Positions 11,298 to 20,170 of a stretch of DNA of 30,868 bases are shown here, in pieces (the stretch's first letter is position 1; each line of letters starts with the position of its first letter). The translations under genes and the position numbers were made by a program. This DNA comes from Cirrosporium novae-zelandiae. Taxonomy: Eukaryota. The DNA is taken from NCBI GenBank assembly GCA_026023565.1, contig JAPETS010000006.1:930001-960868 (forward strand), in the 5' to 3' direction. A model generated the notes under the pieces. The model saw only the letters and a list, made by a program, of their open reading frames with translations, did no database searches and had not been told where the DNA came from.

Positions 11298-11930
11298 TCA
11301 CGGAATTCTGGTAGGTGGCGTTCGGCGTGGTGACAAGAGGAGCAGGAAAGGGCGGCTCTCCGGCTCTTTCAGCGTCAACTCTTCGTATCCCAACATCACC
11401 ACTCGTTCTACCGTCCGATATCCCTTTTGTGATCCAGCAGCATCCTCATAGTGCTGGCACCATTCACACTCCCGAGTATGGCATAGTATTCTTGATCCAA
11501 TTTTGTATACTTGGAGTGGTAGAATTGGCCTTTCCTAGTGGAGGACGATGGACTCGCCGCTTGCCAAATTACCCTCTGCGTGGCGGCATTAAGGACTACA
11601 AAGCGAACGATGGCTTGGAGACTGAACGGGCTAGCATTCCGTGCCTTCACTGCTATTATTCAACTTTGCCATAAAATTTCCGAGGGCCATAGCTGCTTAT
11701 TGAGGGCATTTTCCTGAGTATCGCATGGTATCCTTGATCCGATGCCGTGTACTCGTAATGGTGGAATGGGCCGTTTCTAGTAGAGGTCGAAAGACTCACC
11801 GCTTGCCATATTACCCTCTTCATGGGGGAATTGATGACTATAAAACGAACGATGGCTCGGAGACTGGATGGACTAGCATGTCGTGCCTTCACTGCTACCA
11901 TCCAACTTTGCCATAGAATCTCCGAAGAGG
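11298..11930 (-). pseudogene. Degenerate gene fragment with an internal duplication, a nonsense change and a frameshift
   Basis: The minus strand reads SEILWQSWMVAVKARHASPSSLRAIVRFIVINSPMKRVIWQA...YHAIL. A second, out-of-frame copy reads SEILWQS*IIAVKARNASPFSLQAIVRFVVLNAATQRVIWQA...YYAILGSVNGASTMRMLLDHKRDIGR. After a frameshift near 11411 it continues VERVVMLGYEELTLKEPESRPFLLLLS. The AILGSxNG...LLxHKxxIG pattern resembles an uncharacterised fungal family I recall but cannot name. Confidence 0.6.
11474..11925. repeat. Diverged direct tandem duplication: 11474-11683 and 11716-11925 (210 bp each, 32-bp spacer)
   Basis: A gap-free manual alignment gives ~40 mismatches in 210 (~81% identity), about two-thirds of them transitions. 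The offset between copies is 242 bp. Confidence 0.93.
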
Positions 11931-13777
11931 ATTCTTTTAAAGTTTTGGGTCGTGGTTTCCTCTCACGGAAGCCTTCTAAGAGTGAGGCAGCATTTGATTT
12001 GCATGCTTTGCAACACGAGCACCGTTCGAGTAAAAATGAAAAACTACATACGAAAATGAAACTAGGAAAATGACCTTAGCGAGGCCTTCTAACAAAATGA
12101 GATTTTATATATTCGTAAATAGATGTTTATTATAAGATTAGATTGTCCATTTTGTTCGGTGTCGGATTGTGGTGGTAGTTTTGGGGATGTAGGCTACGTG
12201 TGAGAGGGGAACTGGTGTACATAAGTAGAGATATGGTAGAGTGAATGGATTGCTGCTAATATGGGAATTCTTGCGTAACGCACTTGGCTCAAGCTGGAGC
12301 GACTATTTTCCGCATCCCGAGGTTGTAAGGTTCCATCCATCCATTGATGACAACCCCTAGGATATAGAATAGGGCTTTGATAGGCATATAATCTAGTATG
12401 GCTAGTATGGATATGATGACTTGAGGTCTCGAGTTTAAAGTACGAGCTCAGCCTACTATGGAGATGATGATCATGCAACCTAGTCACGTGAGTGATGCCT
12501 GAGGCATGAATATGGCTTAATATCTTTACGTTATGAGGTCAAATGATGTGATGAGTAAATAAATCATTCAGAATGTTGTTGATTGGCACGAGTAAAGCTA
12601 TAGCTAATCATTTAAAAAGGGTGGAATGCAATTGTGACACTTGACGTTTTACAGGACCTGGTTAAAACGATGGGTAAGCAATGTAGCAGACGAAAGTCTA
12701 AGGCAGGAGTTAAAATATAGACAGCTAAAACCCCTGTCAAAATGCACCAAGTGGTCTACGTATTGACTAAATACCAAATATAGATAACTGAGCTTACACG
12801 TTAGATTCTAGACCCTAGTCAACATAACCACGCCAGCTACAGCCTTATGAATGCAAGGCTTTCTCTAATAATTCTTTTGGGAATTAATCATTTACAAAAA
12901 AGTCTCCTGGTAGTATTAGACTTTTATAATATTGTCCAGGGCTGGGAAAAGAATTTAGTTTATTTTTTGGAAATTGGTGATTTACAGTTTGCATGACATC
13001 GGACGGGATAGTTGCAACGCCCACAGTCTTGTATCAGAAATGGGAAAGTAATTAAAATCTTATCGGAAGCCAAAAGTTCCGGCGGATCCAGATGTGCCAG
13101 GTCGTCATAAGCTCCCAGCAATTCATCAATCCTTGAACCTTACCACAGTACCCCGGTACAAACTCATCGGTATCGGTTCATGTCCATCCTCCTTTCGCTG
13201 ATGCTTCTCCCTCGTACTTCCAGCCGCCTCATATTCACATCTTGCCTAGCTAGACCAACCTCTTCTTTCGAACAATATTCAAATCCCCTCCGTCCAGCTA
13301 GCTGGACCTTGGACTTCAAAAACTCTTGGTCTTTTTTCCAAATTTTCGACAACTCCTCACTTTCTAAACCTATTTCGTTTTCCATCGTCTAATTACTTGA
13401 ACAATATTCCCCGAGAATACAAGGCTGTGTTACTTTCGACAATCATCATACAGCGCTTAATACCCCTCTTATCAGATACCACAGTACTACTCTACACCAA
13501 ACTACCTCGAACAATCCTCATAGATATAATGAATTAAATCAATGACCTTTTTGTCTATCTCCTTACCTCTTGGATCTTGCCTCAAGTCTGCTCGTTATTT
13601 CAGATGAGCATTCTATAACGGCCGAACCATTCGACGACACCATCACAACCCACTCGTCTTAGGCTTCGGCCTTCTCTTAACTCACTCTCGCCCTTCGTAT
13701 TCAATAATTGCGAGGGAAGAGGGAAACCTGTTACATTTTGAATATTCTCAAAATAATATCCCGAGGAATCTTTCAAC

Positions 13778-16113
13778 ATGGCCGACTCATTTACGGTATT
13801 AAATACCGCCAACACTCTTATGGCACGAGCGTCAAGTGAGACCAAATCACCAGCATACAAGGTGATTGGAATATCGCTAGCTGTGGCCTCTGGTGTATTT
13901 ATCGGTTGCTCCTTTGTCTTGAAAAAAATGGGTCTTCTCAAGGCCAATGTGAAGTACAACCAAGAAGCCGGAGAAGGGTATGGGTATCTTAAAAATGTTT
14001 GGTGGTGGTCAGGTATGACCTTGATGATAATTGGTGAAGTCTGCAACTTTGTCGCCTATGCCTTTGTGGATGCAATCCTGGTCACTCCGCTAGGCGCTTT
14101 ATCTGTGGTAATCACAACTATTCTATCTGCCATCTTCTTGAAAGAACGATTAAGTTTTGTTGGCAAAGTGGGATGTCTTAACTGTATCCTTGGTTCTGTG
14201 GTTATTGTGATGAATGCCCCAGAAGAATCTTCCGCTGGAACAATCCAAGAAATGCAGAAATTCGTCATTGCCCCAGGGTTTTTGACCTATGCGGGAATAA
14301 TTATTGTGGGGTGTGTCTTTATTGCATTCTATTTAGGGCCTCGCTATGGCAAGCGATCAATGATGGTCTATATAAGCATCTGCAGCTTAATTGGTGGTCT
14401 TAGTGTCTCTGCCACCCAAGGCTTGGGATCAGCTATTGTGGCCCAGGCAAATGGAACACCACAATTCAACCAGTGGTTTCTGTATGTCCTTCTTGCATTT
14501 GTTGCCACTACACTTGTGACGGAGATTATTTTTCTAAACGTGAGTATTACCTAATTCTCTCTCCGGCCGAGAATATACTAACTGTCCAACAGAAAGCCTT
14601 GAACATATTCAACGCCGCTTTAGTTACCCCAACTTACTATGTATTTTTCACGAGCGCTACGATTGTCACGTCCGCTATTCTTTTCCAAGGCTTTCACGGA
14701 ACTGCGACGTCAATCACGACTGTTTGCTTGGGATTTCTACAAATATGTACGGGTGTAGTTTTATTGCAACTTTCCAAGTCGGCAAAAGATGTACCTGATG
14801 CAGCTGTATTTTCTGGGGATCTTGACCAAGTCCGGACTGTGGCTGAACAAGAACAACCCGAATCTGAACCGAAAGCCGATGCCATTCGCGGAACAGCAGC
14901 AATTATTCGGCGCATCTCCATGTCCAGACAGAAAATGGAGGTAGAGGAAGCCAAAAGAATACAGGAAGAAAAGATAAAGGATCAGCTTGACCCTGTTGAC
15001 GAAAATGCACAATATGAATGGGATGGCATTAGAAGGCGGAGAACAATAAGCAGTGCTGGATCGACAAGTATCCGCAGACGGAAGACGCTTCACCCGCCAC
15101 TTGGGCTCACCCACTTTCCCGATGATGCGTCAGATGAACCACGTACTGACCAGAGTGATGGACGAAACAGTGTGTTCGAAAATCTCCGTACGCGGGCACA
15201 GAGCATGCTTGTTCCTAATCAAAGGAGAAATCTTGGAGCCAGAACCCCGGATTCTCGCAGTCCCATGCATCCGGTTGCATTGACTAGTATCGCAGTACCA
15301 GGCCGAGAGATGGATTCCCATGCCCCTAGCTCCGCCCCTCCATATTCTGAAGTCCCAACTACCGACCCTGCTCATATATACGGCCTACCACAAGCGTTGA
15401 GGAATAAAGGAACAGAAGGGACAGTGGAGGACGTACAAAGTGTAGATGGCAGTGAAGTTGATAACCATCGAAAGCCGGCAATCAAATGGGCAGTAGATGA
15501 AGAACAACGACCATATTCTCGCTCGACATTGGCTCCAGAACCTCCACCCCATGGTGGTAGCGGTAGTAGTGGTACGAAACGGCAGTTTTCTTTTACAAAT
15601 GTCTTCCACAGAAATAGAAACGAGGACGAATATTCTGAACGACCTACCAGCAGCCGACCTAGCAGTAGCCGACCAACCTCAAGTCGTGGGGTCACTAGTT
15701 CTCGCCACATCATACGTCCAACACCACTAAAGAATGCAACCGAAGAAGAGCAGCTAGGTCTTGTAAAAGGTGATTCACATGCGACCAACACCTCTTACCA
15801 TCCATACCGAGAAGATGATGACAGCTGGGAACGAGTCAGCTCTGGACAGAGCCGAGAGATATCCCCAGTGGAAGATGATGAGGAAGCAGAAGATGAGAAC
15901 TATCATGTATACCCAGAAGAGGACTCACAACAGCGTTGGTTTAGCGAATCGAGACGAGTACCTGAACCAAGGAACATCATACCCCGAGGTTCGAGAGGCA
16001 GCAGGAGCAGCGATGAACATAGCGAAAGTGATGATGACTCTAGAAGATGGGAACCCAGGAGTAGGGACGGAAATGGGACAGGACACGGCGCTAACAGAGG
16101 ACCGTACTTGTAA
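13778..16113 (+). CDS. NIPA-family (DUF803) magnesium transporter with a long disordered C-terminal tail, 2 exons (~760 aa)
   Basis: Exons 13778-14539 and 14593-16113. Intron 14540-14592 (GTGAGT..TACTAAC..CAG). NIPA motifs: IGISLAVASGVFIGCSFVLKKMGL, YLKNVWWWSGMTLMIIGEVCNFVAYAF, AILVTPLGALSV, FLKERL, YISICSLIGGLSV, FLN|KALNIFNAALVTPTYYVFFT. The ATG context is caacATGg. Confidence 0.95.
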
Positions 16114-16573
16114 AAATTTACGGTCCTTTTTTTTCTCCACACATACATATCAAGGAGGATTGATTGATTCAACAGGGAAAAACTCATTCATTCATGTATT
16201 TATGATCATGGCGCCCTTCCGTGTAACATTAGATTCCCCCCCGCCCGGCCTTTCACCGTGTTAGCTTTTCATGAACAAAAGGAAACGAAAGCAATGAGCA
16301 TGGATGTGAAACATCAGCATGAATCATCGAAACGGTTTGGAATGGTATGGGGGACTTTTCTTTTCTCTTTCTCTCTCTGATGATGGTGAAATGAATTGAT
16401 GAATGAGAATTCCTGAACCTTCAAAGGAGGTTCTAATCATGTACTGTACCTATCTAGGTAGATAGGTAATTAAAACAAACAGAACAGAATATATATCTGC
16501 GAAATCCCTTCACCTCTCACCAAGACAATGCAGTAACATATGCAACAGCTACATATGTGACAGCTCGCGCGAT

Positions 16574-16613
16574 CTTTCTTTTTCTTTTTCTTTTTCTTTT
16601 TCTTTTTCTTTTC
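16574..16613. repeat. (TTTTTC)n repeat, ~6 units
   Basis: ctttctttttctttttctttttctttttctttttcttttc read directly from the sequence. Confidence 0.85.
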
Positions 16614-16973
16614 ACACTGCGGTGGGGTGAATTTGTATGTATGCTCACAGTAGAAGGATAAAGGCTTGCTTGCTTGCATCCTAGTACCCACAAATAAGAG
16701 CAAAACAGAAGTAATTATTAACTTGCCCACCCCCCCTCCCCTCTTCCCCTCTCTCTATAATCTATACATAACATACCTAGGTAGCTACCCATCCCATCCT
16801 TACAAGCATCCCCACAACACAACACCACAGCACAGCACCCACCAACGCCACTTCAACACTTCACATCAAAAAAAAAAAAACATAACCTTTCCAACCCCCT
16901 TCTAGTCCCTTTCTATTCCTTTTACTAAAAAAATCAAAATCAAAAATATCCCTTTCTTTATTTCTTTCTTGAG

Positions 16974-16993
16974 CACACACACACACACACACA
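16974..16993. repeat. (CA)n microsatellite
   Basis: Run of about 10 CA units. Confidence 0.9.
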
Positions 16994-17350
16994 TCTTCCA
17001 AAAAAATTTTGTTTCCTTCATCTTTTTTCTTTAAGGGTACTTAGGTACTTTTTACTTTACTTTTTACTTCTAGGATAGGGTGTTTTTTTTTCTTGTCGAT
17101 TGTTAGAGAGGGAGGGCAGATAATTCGGAAATCTGCACTTAGTCTACAGTAGAGGGTCATTCCTTTATCTATACCCTTATAAGTACCCTCAACGGCATTT
17201 AATTAACCCACGTAATCTACCTGGCCTTCTCTTCTCTTCTCCATACATGCTCTTATACTCCATATTCCATACAAAATATATCTATACTCACCCCTCCCCC
17301 CTTCCTTTCTTTCTTACTTGCCTTTTTTTCTGCTTGCTTATAGGCAAGCA

Positions 17351-17373
17351 ACACACACACACACACACACACA
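17351..17373. repeat. (AC)n microsatellite
   Basis: Run of about 11 AC units. Confidence 0.9.
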
Positions 17374-17560
17374 GATAGAGATATAGATATAAGATTTTCC
17401 TTTAAGAAAAATAGAAAATAAAAATAAAGAAATGAATAATTAGGGGAATTATTCTTGACTAACTAATTAACTAATTAACTAACTCTCTTTTTTTTTGTTT
17501 ATTGGTTCAATTGATTGGAGATGGGATGGTAAGTTGGGGGAGTTAATGTTAATTAAGGGT

Positions 17561-17590
17561 GGTTTGGTTTGGTTTGGTTTGGGTTGGTTT
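17561..17590. repeat. (GGTTT)n pentanucleotide repeat, 6 units (one variant)
   Basis: ggtttggtttggtttggtttgggttggttt read directly from the sequence. Confidence 0.85.
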
Positions 17591-17874
17591 ATACTAGGGA
17601 GGTAGAGTAGGTAGAGGAGCTGAGCTGTCGTCGTATCTATAAGTGGGCGTAACGTCGAGAGGTTTTTTCCCTTTCTCTTGCTTTTTCGTTCTTGTTATTA
17701 CTTATGAGGGAATTGATATTTTTTTAACATGGATCTGATATTCAAAAGTATCGAAGTACGTAACTAATATAATATATATGAATATATATATGTATATAAC
17801 ATATCCCACTTCTCCCCCCGGCGTGTCTCCTTTAATCCCCCTATTCCTTGTCCCCCCAAACCAAAAAAAAGCCC

Positions 17875-19665
17875 TTACAATTCCTCCTCTTCCTCTAACA
17901 AACTCTCCTGACTCAAAAAATCAATCAGTGGTGGTCGAGGAAGACTGTCCATGAGACTCTCCGGTAGAAGTTGAGTTGCTGTTAGGATGGCTCGCCTGTG
18001 CGGTTGTAAAGGTTCTGAGAGTTCTTCATGCCGGTCTGCGGTTTTATTTATAGGATGTGCTGAAGCTGGTGCCGGGGGAGATGAGGATATTTCACGTGTA
18101 TGGGTTTGTGTCGCCCCCCCGGTTTTACGTTGAGATGGAGATGAAGATACTAGGTCTATGACTTCTTCGTCCTCGATAGGCCGTCGTTTTCGTTTTTGGG
18201 AGCCGGGGTGGAATGGAGAGCTGGGTTCGTGGCGTGTTGGTGGCATGTTGAGTTGGGATGAAGGTTGGGTTACGTCGACTGTGGAGACTTGGGAAGGGGG
18301 GAGGGGGTTGTTGTTGGTGGTAGTGGGGGATTCGGGTCGGGAAGATCCTGTGTTTGTTGTTTTTGAGTCGATGGAAGGGTCAGGATCGAGATGATACGGT
18401 GATGATGGAGCTTGGGTGTAGTGCATCAAGTCGCCTATGAGTTGGTCGGATGCTTCCTCCTGGGATAGGGAGTGCGGGGTTGGTGAGGGGTGTTGAGATT
18501 TGTGACGTCGAGATGGCGATGGGGTGGATTGAGACGCTTGGATTTCGTCCGGAAGAAAGGGGAGGGAAAATTGAGCGTTGTCTGAAAGGTCTACTTGGGT
18601 TTGTTCAAGGCGTCTTATAAATGTGGATATGGGAGTGTTGGCTATAAGCTGGGTGTTATGATCCGATGCTTGAGGATTAGGTCTTTGGGTGAAAAGAGCT
18701 CGAGGTGTTGGATCGTTTGGAGAGTGGTGGGATGATGATAGGATGGCTTGGGTTTCTGCTCCAATTGGGTATTCCTCGTCTAAATCTGAATCGTCTGCAG
18801 TCTCGTCGTCCGAGTCACGGATTTCTGTCTTGATAGGCTTGTCACTGGTTGATCTTGCAAGATCTGGAGAAACGCTGTGCAGGACCATCTCTTCTTCGTT
18901 ACTTTGGCTTTTCTGTGTCTGGGGAGTAAACTCTGCCTCTTTTGGTAGTTCTTCTAGTCTTGATGCAAAGCTCTGTGTATAGTCTGTGGCATTTTCTTGT
19001 GATACACTGCTTTTAATAACTGGTTTTGGTGGCTTAATCGGGCTTTTCCTGGATCGCATAGATGAAGTGAGGGGTGCAAAGAGATTTGTCGACCTTTCTT
19101 TTAGTGGTGACCTTGATAGTGCTCTAACTGACCGAACACTTCTGATAGATAGCGGTGTAGCATCTGGAGACTGCGAGGATGGAATTATCCTAGGCTTTGG
19201 CCTATGTGGTGTTTCTGGGACTTGCATCATTGTCTTTTTTAATGGAGATTTATGCTTCTCCACCGGTGTAGGATATTCTATTTTTTTGCTTCTATTCACC
19301 CCCGTGGGACCCTTTGTAGATTTTGTTATTACCATTTCATTCTCTTTATCATCCTCTAATGGCCTAGCGGCATATTTCGGCGTTGGATGTCCATAGACAA
19401 TCTTGCGCCTTTTGGGACGTCTGGAGGAGTCCATTTCATCAGCATCGACGTAATCCAGCTCCAAATCCGAAAGATCTGGAGCCTTGATAGGTGTGATGTA
19501 GCCAAGTTGTGTAAGCGTCGATTGTTCAAGTTGAATCTTGGAGCGTGGATGTAATGACCGGAAGTTGGAGACCGTACGGCGGTATTCGGGTGGAAGTTGT
19601 GGCTGTCTTACTTTAGGAGCGGTATTTGAATCCAAAGATAATCGACTTTTGGAGCGTGAAGCCAT
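17875..19665 (-). CDS. Uncharacterised, largely disordered S/T/P/Q-rich protein (~596 aa), probably nuclear
   Basis: Long uninterrupted ORF. The first ATG is at 19665 (MASRSKS...), whereas the track start at 19701 is a TTG. It carries NLS-like RRPKRRK and KRKRR, about 22 SQ/TQ dipeptides, QSTLTQLGYI near the N-terminus and ILTATQLLPESLMDSLPRPP at the C-terminus. A GCTAAC..CAG acceptor at ~19689 suggests a possible upstream intron, so the start is uncertain. Confidence 0.85.
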   Translation of the reverse strand: MASRSKSRLSLDSNTAPKVRQPQLPPEYRRTVSNFRSLHPRSKIQLEQSTLTQLGYITPIKAPDLSDLELDYVDADEMDSSRRPKRRKIVYGHPTPKYAARPLEDDKENEMVITKSTKGPTGVNRSKKIEYPTPVEKHKSPLKKTMMQVPETPHRPKPRIIPSSQSPDATPLSIRSVRSVRALSRSPLKERSTNLFAPLTSSMRSRKSPIKPPKPVIKSSVSQENATDYTQSFASRLEELPKEAEFTPQTQKSQSNEEEMVLHSVSPDLARSTSDKPIKTEIRDSDDETADDSDLDEEYPIGAETQAILSSSHHSPNDPTPRALFTQRPNPQASDHNTQLIANTPISTFIRRLEQTQVDLSDNAQFSLPFLPDEIQASQSTPSPSRRHKSQHPSPTPHSLSQEEASDQLIGDLMHYTQAPSSPYHLDPDPSIDSKTTNTGSSRPESPTTTNNNPLPPSQVSTVDVTQPSSQLNMPPTRHEPSSPFHPGSQKRKRRPIEDEEVIDLVSSSPSQRKTGGATQTHTREISSSPPAPASAHPINKTADRHEELSEPLQPHRRAILTATQLLPESLMDSLPRPPLIDFLSQESLLEEEEEL

Positions 19666-19783
19666 TGGTATGCCGAGAGTCGATAAACCTGAAGTATCCA
19701 AAGAGTTTAGCAGTTAGCACTGAGCTAATAATACTTTTGTAATGATGATGGTATTCGACTGTGACACGGTATGAGCGATCAAA

Positions 19784-19821
19784 ACGCGTCTAAATGAGAA
19801 ATGCCAAGGCGGAAGACGCGT
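19784..19821. promoter_or_regulatory. Two MluI cell-cycle boxes (ACGCGT) in the divergent promoter
   Basis: Perfect ACGCGT at 19784-19789 and at 19816-19821, within the 505-bp spacer between the SQ/TQ-rich gene and RAD4. Confidence 0.6.
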
Positions 19822-20170
19822 GATGTCATTAGTAATTCGGCCGATTTGGGGAGAGTTCAAGGCATCAAGATCTTCCTAGTTGACAATCAAGACTTTCACT
19901 TCCTCGTTGCATGGAAATATGTTTCCTCGGATCCTACAGCCCTTTTGACGGAGCCTAGTTTTTCACTACTATGACTAGAAGAACAGCATCCACCCCCATC
20001 CCCGACAGCTTTCTTCACCTCTTAAAAATGCCATTAGACTAGATAATCTATCAAAGAAGAGAAGCAAAGGAAACTCACAATTAGTCGCCCTACTAAAGGG
20101 TTGATCGTCGAAGCGTTAGACAACATTAATTATTTTCTGTACATAGCAGGAACTATCCAAATATTGCAAA

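Noticed and set aside
11315..11916. Plus-strand ORFs 11315-11674 and 11725-11916 as a pair of small paralogous genes
   Set aside because: Their similarity follows from the DNA duplication. The minus-strand frame is more protein-like and extends beyond the repeat.
7600..13000. Transposon or Starship-like element containing the pseudogenes
   Set aside because: I recognised no transposase, reverse transcriptase or tyrosine recombinase motif, and no TIRs, LTRs or target-site duplication.
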